Part shown: piece by piece, positions 22,934 through 32,732 of the stretch
Layout: each line of letters opens with the position of its first letter
How positions within the stretch are numbered: the stretch's first letter is position 1
Source: Pelomyxa schiedti
Taxonomy: Eukaryota; Protista; Evosea
Length of the DNA: 34,727 bases
Direction: 5' to 3'
Assembly: GCA_020536535.1 (NCBI GenBank)
Contig: JAHLWZ010000236.1
Location: 1-34,727 of the forward strand
Notes under the pieces: model-generated
The model's database searches: none
Told to the model about the DNA's origin: nothing
The model's input: only the letters and a program-made list of their open reading frames with translations
Made by a program: the position numbers and the translations under genes

Positions 22934-25429
22934 ATGGGTGTGGTGTGGCTGGTTGCGGTTGTTGTTGGGCTGACGTCGGTTGGCGTTGTTGCGGATACGA
23001 ACAATTACGCGGAGCCCAACGATGCGTGCAAGGCGCTCATCGACGCCGTCGAGAATGACATGTTCAACCTGGCGACCGCTACTGCTGCTCTATACGGCGT
23101 ATGATCGCCGTTTTTTCCATATTTCTATATTGTTGTTTTGGTGTGTTCCTGTTGTTGCGCACTGTGCTGGGTTGCTGCTTGTGCCTTAGTTAAAGTGCCA
23201 AAGCTAAGTTGTATAGGTGTCTCGATGCTCCAACGTTGTTCCGAGTGATTGCTCCCTTAGAAGTTGCAGCACTGATCTCACTTTCAATGAGTGCATGTTT
23301 TCGAACTTTTCTGTCGATGTAATTCTCCATACCCTTTTTGTCCCTGCTCTTTTCGACTTACTTTGCCCTTAATAGCCTGTCAATTGTGGAAAGTGCAATG
23401 GCATCCACCAGGACACTGACCACTCGGTCGTCACTATGTTTAAGGACACCCCAAATTCCCTTCAAGACGTAGCCATCACAAGTTTTCTGGATTCTGAGTT
23501 CAAGACAACCTGCCCTTCGTTTCCTTGCACATATTACTCGCAGGGTTCGTTATCACTCACTTTCTCACTTGTGACAGCAAACAGGAATTGGCACTCCTTC
23601 TGGAGTATACAGAGAGTACCCTGGAATGCCTCACCGTGAATGTGATGACGTTTATCCCCCAGACCAGACATGGTACGCAGGAGCAGCATCGGGTCCTAAG
23701 GCATTTTCTTTGCTGTTCTGTTTTCCCATTTCTAACATTACTCAGGACCTAGTCATTTTGTGGGATTCAAGCAATTCTATGGGTTACAACCACAAGTGAG
23801 TACGCCTTGTTTTGTCACTTAGTAATTAAGTAAATGCAGACTTGATTTATCAAAAGACCTTGTAGTGGGCATGCTCAACCTCATTTCTCCTTATGACTGG
23901 GTAAACCTCGTCCGCTTCACCAACAGTATAACAAATGTTGGTGGGGGATACATGATGAGAGGTGCCCTTGATTCTGTTTGGCAGCTATCTGCCAAAGTAT
24001 GTGGGAATGGAGCTGGCGGTGGTATGCGAATGCAAGTGCAGGAACCACAAATCCTCAACTATTAATTAGGCTCCAAGTTCTTGAAAGCTTTTGAAAAGGC
24101 GTTTGACATTCTCACAGCCTCCTATACAGCAAATCACACATCATTTTGTGGTGCCACCATTGTATTAGTTACTGATGGCGATATAAAAGAAGACCATCCT
24201 ACCCTTTTGGACTCTATATCTGAGTAACAAAGCGAAAAAATATACATAATGTGTAATTTAATGTTCAGAATGAGGAATACCTACGAACAAAATTGCCAAC
24301 CGTTATCAATATTCACTTACAGCTTTACTGTGAGGTATGTTGAAGATTTTTTTGTCTGATTCTAATCATGAAACAGAGGTAATGATGAAGATGTATTACG
24401 GAAAATAGCCTGTCAAAACGACGGTACCTCATTAAATTATTGACCGGTGAAAAAATAATGGATACTTAGGTTTATGGATTAGAATTGAGGACCAGATTGA
24501 TCCCTGGATGATCTCCGCTTTTTTTGATGTGTACACCTTTGCACGGGAAGCTGCAACAACCACTTACACCCAAGCGAGTGTCTGGTGGAATACCCCCTAT
24601 GACGCATTGTACATTGATGATGATGAAGCCACTCCTGCGTCGGTTGCTGCACTACCAGTTTACGCTAACTCAAACGGAACCTACCCGGCAGTGTGTTTCT
24701 CAAATAATTGTATTCCATTTATTAACGCTCCAACGCTAGCAACTAGTCGCTGTAGTTACATATACAGTACTTCTGGATCAGTTTCTCGCTGCTGATCCAA
24801 ATATGACCGAGAACATTGTAACATCTGACCAGTACCAACTCTCTCCATTGTATTACTACCTCATGTACCATGGTGACTCAGCTGAGAAGTTGTGTACAAA
24901 TACAAAGGTGCCCACATGTAGTTCTGTGAAATATTGCTTACATACTCCTTAGTTATCTTACGATCAACTTCAATACTTGAGGTCCAAACTTGCTACTGAT
25001 GTGTGCTCTCCAGGTGATTTTGATCTTGGAAGCGAAGCCGGTCGGCATTCTTAATCCCTGGGCCTATCTCACCGATCCACAGAACACGCCATAGACCCAC
25101 TGCCGGAAGAATACTGGATACCATCCGAGGAATCGCTTTGCCCTACCAACGAAACTTCTTCAGCGATAGTGTGTGACACACCTACATTCCACCCCGACGA
25201 ATGGGGGCAGGAACTTTGTTGCACAGACAACCCAGAGGGATGCCCCCTTGAAGGTTCGGAATCTAGCCACCAACTACTCAGTAACTAACATCGATTTGTA
25301 GGTCACATCCCTTCAAGGGGTGTATGGCAACAGTACTACGTGGAGCAGTGCACCGCTCCGTCAGTCACTGTCACTATGTTACTTTTATTTTTGGGGCTCC
25401 TTTTTGGCTTCACAACTTTGGTGTTCTAA
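22934..25429 (+). CDS. alpha2delta/CACHD1-like extracellular VWA-domain protein with signal peptide and C-terminal hydrophobic (GPI-type) tail, many exons
   Basis: Motifs GVYREYPG, WYAGAASGPK|DLVILWDSSNSM (DxSxS MIDAS), LISPYDWVNLVRF, AFEKAFDIL, IVLVTDG, IFTYS and LRKIACQNDG. Ends ...VTMLLLFLGLLFGFTTLVF*. Confidence 0.8.
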
Positions 25430-25541
25430 GAACTTGTACAAAAAAAAAACCTTCTTCCCACCAAGCTGTTACCTAATTATTGGCTTATGTGTTTATGATA
25501 AGTGGCCACCACTATTGTCATACATTTCTTTCTTCCTTCTT

Positions 25542-26260
25542 TCACCAACACCACTTGGCCACACCACCAAACTGTGACACAACCCATTGCACGGCGTCAG
25601 AGTGGCCTCCATTGATGGCACATGACAGCAAGCTTGTTTTCCCTCCTCTGGCGTCCTTGAGGTCATCAGCCAGGCCGGGGTCCTTGCCGGGCCACTCCAG
25701 TATCCCCGTCCATTGCCCCGTGCTGTCAACAAGCTCTTGTGCCATCCGCATGTGTCCTCCTACCCTTGTATGTTATGTTGTGTTTTGTGTAGTGTCTGTT
25801 ATGAGCCCAGCCAGGGGATCGCCAACAAACGAGAGGCATACACACCATAACACAGGCCCTTGAGCACAGCAATGCACTCCTTCTTGTTGTTCCTTGTTGT
25901 TGTCGTTGTGTGTTGCGCCGATGGCAACACCATCCACCTAATGCACCTCTCGCTTCCCACAATCGCGGCGCACTCGAGCACGAAACAGCGCAGGTACTTG
26001 CAGGCGTGCTGCTGCTCCTCGTCCAGCCCCCGGGCCCTGGCCCTGGCCCTCGCGCTGGCGCACTGGGCGGCGAGGACGGCGCGGCAGGCCCGGGGCACCA
26101 GCGGGAACAGGGCGTCGGCGACCCCGAGCACCCACACGCACTGGGCCTGGCTCAGCGGCTCCCCCCCTCTGTTGGACACAATGGGCGCGACGACGTGCTC
26201 CCACACAACTCGCGATACCGTCATCACGTGTGCCACCGCGTCTTCTGGTAATGGCATCAT
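25542..26260 (-). CDS. Short distant family A homolog, two exons; possibly truncated or a pseudogene
   Basis: AHV..V..VVWEHVVAP, LFPLVPRACR and KECIAVLKGLCY|GGH parallel family A exon 1 and the GLCIGGH motif. Stops after about one further ankyrin-like repeat. Confidence 0.55.
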
Positions 26261-26289
26261 CAAAATTTTTTTCCCCGTTTTTTTCCCCG

Positions 26290-28812
26290 TCAGAGCCAGT
26301 GGTTTGGTGCCAGGAAGGAGAGAACGTGGTGGATTGCTGCAGATGGCAATCTCCCGATTTGGTGTGGTGTCTCAGTTGGATCTGTGGTGGAATTCCGGAG
26401 CCAACACAGGAGAACGACGAAGAGGACCTGCTGCTTGAACCACCATGGGAACATAATGTGCTTGGATGGGTCCCACGTGGCTGGGTTCCTCAGGAAATCA
26501 AGAACACCGCGCTCCCTGCTTCTCACCAACACACTGTGGTGGGATTCCGAGAGTGAGGAGCTGCTACTACTGCCTATGTTCCCAATGTTGTCCGGTATTA
26601 TCATGCCATAACACCGCAGCAAGTCAATCATCTGTGGAGTTCCACTGAGGATAGCGCGGGCCAGGATAGACAGGGGAAGGTGTGGGTTGCAGAACGGGAG
26701 GAGTTGAATTGCCAGAGGCACGTTGTTGGCTCTGATTACTGCGTCCAGAAGAGACTCGTCCCTGCCACGTAAGATAATGCTGGACGGATCAACTTGGGAG
26801 TGCCGCACCAGCTCGATTAATTCATCCTCTTTCCAAGCTGATACATTGCATACACACCTTGACACAAGCCTGCACAGGGTGTCAGACGAGGAGGAAGAAA
26901 CTGTGATGAATGGAGTCCTCCTGGCATTAATTTGTGGTTCACAACAATAGATTACACTCTCCATTCCTATTAGCGCACCATCACACATTGCACTGGCACA
27001 CATTTCTCTTCTTTTGAGTAGTGGAAACCTCTTTGCCAGAGTAATTGCAATCTCGTTATTAGGTGGAACCATAATGCTTTCTGTTTGGCGGAAATACTTG
27101 ATGAGCAAGTTCTCCAAGTCAGTGAGACCCAGTTCCATGGTACTTGTTGTTGATCGGAGTGCAGTAATCAACTCCAGTGTTGCAAGGAGTGTAGCTGGCT
27201 CAATACTGCTTTTCCGTAAGTGTATGGCATCAATAATCTGGATCCATCTGCCACTGATGCACACTTCAGAGTTCATACGATGTATTTGGAGGATGTTGTA
27301 GGCATCAGTTGCAGTAGAAATTGGAGCCTTGACAACTTCAATAAACTCAGGCAGAGATTCTAGAATTTTTGTTGGACATAAATTCAACATGTGATACAAC
27401 GGTCCAAATGTAGAACATCCTGGTGCAAAAGGATCATGGAACTGGGTCTGATTGACTTGGAGAAGGCACATTCTTACCGTGGCAGTGAACACATTTTGCA
27501 CAGATTCCACAGCTGTCAAGCTGTTGATCAGTTGTTTCACTGAGAATAGGCTTTCCAAAATCCATGGCGCACCAGGCTCACAAGCAAATTCAAGAGCGCT
27601 AGTGGCAAGATGGTCAGGAATATTTGCATTTGACAAGGCGAGAGGAATGAGTACAAGTGCAGCTGGTATCCTGGGAGAAACACCTTGTGGTGCCATGGAA
27701 ACAAGGAGGTTTTCAGAAAATCGGAGGAGGAGATTTTGGGCTTGGTGATCAAACAAACACAAACGTGTAAGACCTAGAAGAACTTCCTCAACAAATTTGG
27801 TAGTGTTGGATTCTAATGGAGGAAAACTAGGTTGCAATCTTTCCAAAGAGTTCAGCATGGCATTTACAAAGGGAACAGTAACGTGCTCCCTGATGAAGTG
27901 TAACACTGTAGGAGCTATTTCAGTTACCAATAAAGCATCCCACCCATTGAGCATTCCCAGTAATGAATATCTATCACTAGAGAGTGCTTCAAGGTCAGAC
28001 ACATACCGGGTAGTAAGCTCCTGAACGAAATGTGGGAATAATTCCACAAGCCTGATGCAATAGGTAAAGAGACCCCCAAAAAGAGGGAATCCCCTGTGGG
28101 CTGAAGAAATGAGGTACATCCTATCAGTGACAGCCTGTAACTGAGCCTCATGTTGTAAAAGAAGCCCGCAGTAGTGCGGATTCATGAGGGCCGAGAAGAT
28201 CACGGAAAGAGCCCCTTTAGAAGCTGTCAAACCCAACACCTCAGCAAGGAACGGGCCAAGAACATTGGATAAGACCCAAGGGGTTTTCCTGACCAGTCTT
28301 GATGCAAAAGCCTCCAGCATCTCTTCAGTGCAAGCAATTATCAGGGCCTCGCGGTGCAAGATAGGCTTCGACCTGTCAAGAATGACCAGCAGGTCCTCCC
28401 ACTGCTCAAGTGCACACACCATCCTCATAAGCACGACAACAAGCACATCCTTGCTACTCGCTGCCGATTCACACACTGTGTTCCGCCACCCCTCTGTGGT
28501 GTTTGTAATTTGATCCAAACAAAGTATCTTAGCCATCACAAAGTTGGCTGTTGTTCTTTCTGTTGTTGTCGTGGTGGTTGTGGTGTCATAACCACCTAAA
28601 AGTGTCCATTCGATTCCGTAGGGGTACGGCATTAAATTTGTTGTTACGCAGACGGCGAAAATCAACTTGGAACGGAAACTGGAAGCACCCAGCTCCACAA
28701 AGCGTGAAAAATTCTGTGCCAAACGCCTGCGGTTATCTCTTTCCCGTACGACTTGGGCTGTCTCCTCGTCATGCCCGGGTTGCATTAGTTGATTAACAGG
28801 CGATCTGCCCAT
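26290..28812 (-). CDS. 840 aa hypothetical protein: Leu-rich helical (ARM/HEAT-like) body, ankyrin-like repeats near the C-terminus, terminal W.P..H..FP...LP..I..VLSF motif
   Basis: Long single ORF; ESLLDAVIRANNVPLAIQLL and ILARAILSGTPQMIDLLR resemble ankyrin repeats. Confidence 0.7.
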   Translation of the reverse strand: MGRSPVNQLMQPGHDEETAQVVRERDNRRRLAQNFSRFVELGASSFRSKLIFAVCVTTNLMPYPYGIEWTLLGGYDTTTTTTTTERTTANFVMAKILCLDQITNTTEGWRNTVCESAASSKDVLVVVLMRMVCALEQWEDLLVILDRSKPILHREALIIACTEEMLEAFASRLVRKTPWVLSNVLGPFLAEVLGLTASKGALSVIFSALMNPHYCGLLLQHEAQLQAVTDRMYLISSAHRGFPLFGGLFTYCIRLVELFPHFVQELTTRYVSDLEALSSDRYSLLGMLNGWDALLVTEIAPTVLHFIREHVTVPFVNAMLNSLERLQPSFPPLESNTTKFVEEVLLGLTRLCLFDHQAQNLLLRFSENLLVSMAPQGVSPRIPAALVLIPLALSNANIPDHLATSALEFACEPGAPWILESLFSVKQLINSLTAVESVQNVFTATVRMCLLQVNQTQFHDPFAPGCSTFGPLYHMLNLCPTKILESLPEFIEVVKAPISTATDAYNILQIHRMNSEVCISGRWIQIIDAIHLRKSSIEPATLLATLELITALRSTTSTMELGLTDLENLLIKYFRQTESIMVPPNNEIAITLAKRFPLLKRREMCASAMCDGALIGMESVIYCCEPQINARRTPFITVSSSSSDTLCRLVSRCVCNVSAWKEDELIELVRHSQVDPSSIILRGRDESLLDAVIRANNVPLAIQLLPFCNPHLPLSILARAILSGTPQMIDLLRCYGMIIPDNIGNIGSSSSSSLSESHHSVLVRSRERGVLDFLRNPATWDPSKHIMFPWWFKQQVLFVVLLCWLRNSTTDPTETPHQIGRLPSAAIHHVLSFLAPNHWL

Positions 28813-28973
28813 CAGGGTTGTCTAGGTAGTAGATCCGCCAACATACGGGTCCCACAACATACAATGCCAGACCACACCCTCACTCGCACCCCCCTCTGAG
28901 CAAACCCAAGACAATCTGACACTCAAAATGATCAACAACTTTGATCATTTTTCGGTGAACGGGATTACCGGGG

Positions 28974-30389
28974 ATGCGGAGGCGCCCTGAGATCTTCGAA
29001 AAAGTAGTGTTTTCATTGGCCACAGGGACGGCTCGGAACCAATTCCTCGCCCTCGCTTCAGCCTTTGCTCGCAATTCAGTCGGGCAACTCCAAAACGTCC
29101 CATCATCTTCGAATTCGTCTCCAACGACAACGACATCATCATCACCCGGCAGGCGTTGTTGCGTGTCTATTATTCCGCATTGGGTTGTTGTTGAATTGAT
29201 TGGGAAGAGGTGGGTGATGGGAACTGACCGCGTTGTCCTGCTCACTTTGGTTGGGGGACCAAAGGTCTACTCGATTCAGGTGTTCTTCAGTGTGTCACAC
29301 ACCTTGGGATTCTTGCAGAATCCGGAATTGGTAGCTCTGGCTGACTGCACTTTGGGGTGGGTCACTGCTGTCAGGTCTGTCACCACCGACGCCATTTGGG
29401 GTGAGGACCCAGACTGGCCAATCGTGCAGCTTCCCAGTAACGTGGAAGAACGGCGTCGCAATCAATTGGCAGCGTGCAACAGGAAGTGGGTTGTGCAGGC
29501 ACCACTTGTCGAGTCTGAACTTGGCATTCTTGAGGTTTGGATGGTGCCCACTGGTGACGATGAAGAGCTTGTGCCACCTCGGTGCGTCGAGGTGAAGTGC
29601 CCCTGGAAGCCAACGGCCCTCCAGTCCCTGAGGTTCTTCTCTCCCAGCAGTGAGTATGACACAGAGTCTGACACCCTTGAGGTCTTCTTTGTGCACCCCG
29701 ATGGAGATGGCGAAGCTCTCATTGGAATGCACATTGACTTGGAAGTAATTGTCAAGGAACGTGAAGTGAACGATACACATGTCGTTGCCAAGCTCAAATT
29801 TGACAGGGAGGAAGCTGAGGATCCGTGCACACCCCTGTTCAACAGGGCCGAAAAGAAATACTACCTGCCATTCACATCAGAGAGGAAAGCCCAGGTGCTG
29901 GCGGACATGACCACCGGAATTTCATACAGGTGGCTGGAAGACAGCACAGGGCTGGAGGTTAGGGCGCTTGACGAGTCACACCTGTGCATCACAACCTCCT
30001 ACCATTCCTCAACCTCTGTGTTCTCTGTGACATCCCTCCTCGGCCAGGCTTGCCCCGCCTCCAACGACATCAGAGCCCAGTGCATCATGACACACCAGCA
30101 CCCTCCTGGTACACTGTCAGTTATTTCAGGCTGTGGCCTTCTTGCATGCAGTTCCATGTCATCAGAACCTGTAACCCCCACCTTGTCCAGCTATTACTTG
30201 TCAGATTTGGTACCTGGTCTGTTCCGTCCAACGTATAGCACTGCATGCACCAGTCTTGTGGGAAAGCACACGATAGTGGATGGTTTGTCAGGGGCACAGC
30301 TGTTCACGTTTACCTTGACTCATGGATTCCTCCCAAATTCAATCACACCAATCCCATTCAAGACACCAACAGTACTTGACCCTCGTTAA
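28974..30389 (+). CDS. 471 aa hypothetical protein, distant family B-like N-terminus
   Basis: Single ORF. TARNQFLALASA resembles VRDQMLALASA; CNRKWVV resembles FNGKWWV. Confidence 0.65.
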   Translation: MRRRPEIFEKVVFSLATGTARNQFLALASAFARNSVGQLQNVPSSSNSSPTTTTSSSPGRRCCVSIIPHWVVVELIGKRWVMGTDRVVLLTLVGGPKVYSIQVFFSVSHTLGFLQNPELVALADCTLGWVTAVRSVTTDAIWGEDPDWPIVQLPSNVEERRRNQLAACNRKWVVQAPLVESELGILEVWMVPTGDDEELVPPRCVEVKCPWKPTALQSLRFFSPSSEYDTESDTLEVFFVHPDGDGEALIGMHIDLEVIVKEREVNDTHVVAKLKFDREEAEDPCTPLFNRAEKKYYLPFTSERKAQVLADMTTGISYRWLEDSTGLEVRALDESHLCITTSYHSSTSVFSVTSLLGQACPASNDIRAQCIMTHQHPPGTLSVISGCGLLACSSMSSEPVTPTLSSYYLSDLVPGLFRPTYSTACTSLVGKHTIVDGLSGAQLFTFTLTHGFLPNSITPIPFKTPTVLDPR

Positions 30390-30478
30390 GAAGATGAAGA
30401 AATGGGTGTGCCTCCTCGCTCTACAATTGGCTCTTTTGATTTTGCTTGGGCAGAACACAAACCACCGGAGGTAATAGT

Positions 30479-31159
30479 CTAGGCCATCTTCTTCAACATT
30501 GCGTGGTGCCGCTCGTGATCTACAACTGTGTGTATGGCGTTAGATGCAATCATCGAAAAGGAGGGTGTCTGTGAACGAACTCGAGTGGCGCAGCTTGTCT
30601 TCTAATAGCTCGTAAGCCGCGGGGAACTCAGCCTTGTACTCCATGCACTTGTTGCGGACCGCCGTGTACATCGCTATGCTACCTATTTCGAAGTTAGTTG
30701 TTCAAATCCACCTCCCTCCTAATTAATTAACTAAACTCTCTCAAAGAATGAAACCCCACGTTGTTCCTGCTGTATCATCATATTTACCAGCTGAGGAAGT
30801 GACCAATCGGGACCGGGCATCGTCGGGGGCTTCATTCCAGGTGACGGCACTGCATCGAACACCATCATTATGAGCTTAGCCATTCTACATGTGTGGTACG
30901 CCTCTTCTTTCACAAATTTCTATTTTTCATAATAAGTTGTACGAACAAGTGGAAATTACTTAATTGCTTACCATGAGACAACAGGCAGAAATTGCGTACA
31001 TTGGGCCGTGGAGCATAGAAACGCAGGTTCCGTACTGCACAATCATTGATCTCTGAAGTGTTCAAGGATCTCAGAGATAAAAGTAGCGTAATGCAGTGGA
31101 ACCTCATACTCCAGTGCGTCGTTCAGCATCTGTAAGATCTCATCTCTCTTGTTTGCCAT
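30479..31159 (-). CDS. Ferritin-like (bacterioferritin-type) four-helix di-iron protein, 148 aa; exons 31159-31103, 31052-30972, 30919-30760, 30682-30581, 30525-30479
   Basis: Four GT-AG introns (50, 52, 77, 55 bp) give an open frame with E19, Y26, E52xxH55, E98 and D136-H-E138-R-H-H141. Confidence 0.75.
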
Positions 31160-31338
31160 TTTTTGTTTGTAATGATGCCAAACTGTCACTTCGACTTTTA
31201 AAGATAATCGGCAGGGGATTAATGCCAAAATTACACTATCAGTTTCTTTTTTTTCTATTTGACAACACGGAAATAGCATTGTTATTTGTTTTCATAGTAG
31301 AGATGCGGTACATTTTTAAAGATTTTTGTTCCTTGTTC

Positions 31339-32659
31339 TTACAATGAGGATTTTGTAACGGCAACAAGGATGGCAGCCACTATTGTACTTATATCGGCGA
31401 GTCCTCCTTCACCTGCACGAGTTTTAAGGAATGGGTGAACCCACATATGACCAATGCATACCCATCTCTCCACAGGCCAACATCTTGGACACCGGAGGTA
31501 TTACTTGAATTCCGAGGGTCTTGAGGGTTTCCAGCTGTGGGTGGGTGAAAGGGTGATTCCACATGACANNNNNNNNNNNNNNNNNNNNNNNNNNNNNNNN
31601 NNNNNNNNNNNNNNNNNNNNNNNNNNNNNNNNNNNNNNNNNNNNNNNNNNNNNNNNNNNNNNNNNNNNTGACCAATGCATACCCATCTCTCCACAGGCCA
31701 ACATCTTGGACACCGGAGGTATTACTTGAATTCCGAGGGTCTTGAGGGTTTCCAGCTGTGGGTGGGTGAAAGGGTGATTCCACATGACAGTATTCATTGC
31801 CGGTGCAACAAGAAAGGGCTTCTTAAAGTCCCAAGCCCGGGCGACACTGGTCTGTTTTCGCATATGTAAGAATGGAGAACAGTTGGTTTGAAGGGGATGA
31901 GTTACCACAAGGTTGTCACATATTCCAGTTGCCAACTTGGCCAAAGTATTCGCGGACAGGGGGGCAACAACCATCACGTCTGCCCATTTTCTCAGCTTTG
32001 TTTTTTGTTGGGTCAATACGATGAGTGGCAGTATACCTCTATATGCAGAACGGGGTCCCCAATTTTGTTCCAGCAAGACCACTCATCGTCATCAGTGAGT
32101 AACGGGCATCCTTCTATTTGCCTCACATTCTGCACATGGCTTGTCTGTGTGGAAGAAGCCGTTGGTGTCGTACAACTGGCACCGCGCTGCGCGGCATACA
32201 TATCAGCCTTTTGAATGAAAGTCTCTCCCCACTTTGTTGCAATCACAACCACCTAAATGTAATATATATTAAAAAAGAAACAAAACGCGAAACATCGGCA
32301 TAAACGAAAAACATCGCACACGCACCGCGGCACCCGCACGCAACAGCTGTCCCACAATCGGCGACGCCTTGATCCCCGCCACAGACCTAGTCGAGCTCTT
32401 GAGCTATCGCAATCCGTAATCCCCACCACTTTACTCGGCACCACTACAACCAACCTACCTACCCAGTGACGCCCAGGAGCACCCGAGGCCGCCGCGTCGA
32501 AGCCGCCAGGTCTCGCAGCACCCCCTCCACTCCGCTGCCTGGCACAACCACATTATTATGGGAGCACCCCTGCCCCTCCATCCCCTCCGTGGTGCTAGGG
32601 TCGTCGGGCTTCGCTCCCCGTCGCGCTCCCTCGTGCGGCTGCTCGTCAACGCCCCTCAT
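31339..32659 (-). CDS. PPCDC: Phosphopantothenoylcysteine decarboxylase (CoaC/HAL3 flavoprotein), multi-exon; spans a gap with a duplicated flank
   Basis: Motifs VLLGVTGSVA.IK, GDPVLHIE|LRKWAD, VAPLSANTLAKLA.GICDNL, PAMNTVMW.HP and LACGEMG.GG. Confidence 0.92.
31448..31789. repeat. 121 bp duplication (31448-31568 = 31669-31789) flanking a 100-N gap, likely an unmerged contig overlap
   Basis: Identical sequence abuts both sides of gap 31569-31668. Confidence 0.85.
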
Positions 32660-32732
32660 CGGATTTTTTTTTTGCTTTCCGCAAACTCAATTTGGGTGTT
32701 GATTTTTTTTTTCCCTTTTGAGCGCGTAGGTG

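Noticed and set aside
31448-31789. Tandem exon duplication in PPCDC
   Set aside because: The copies are identical and exactly abut an N gap, which points to a scaffolding overlap.
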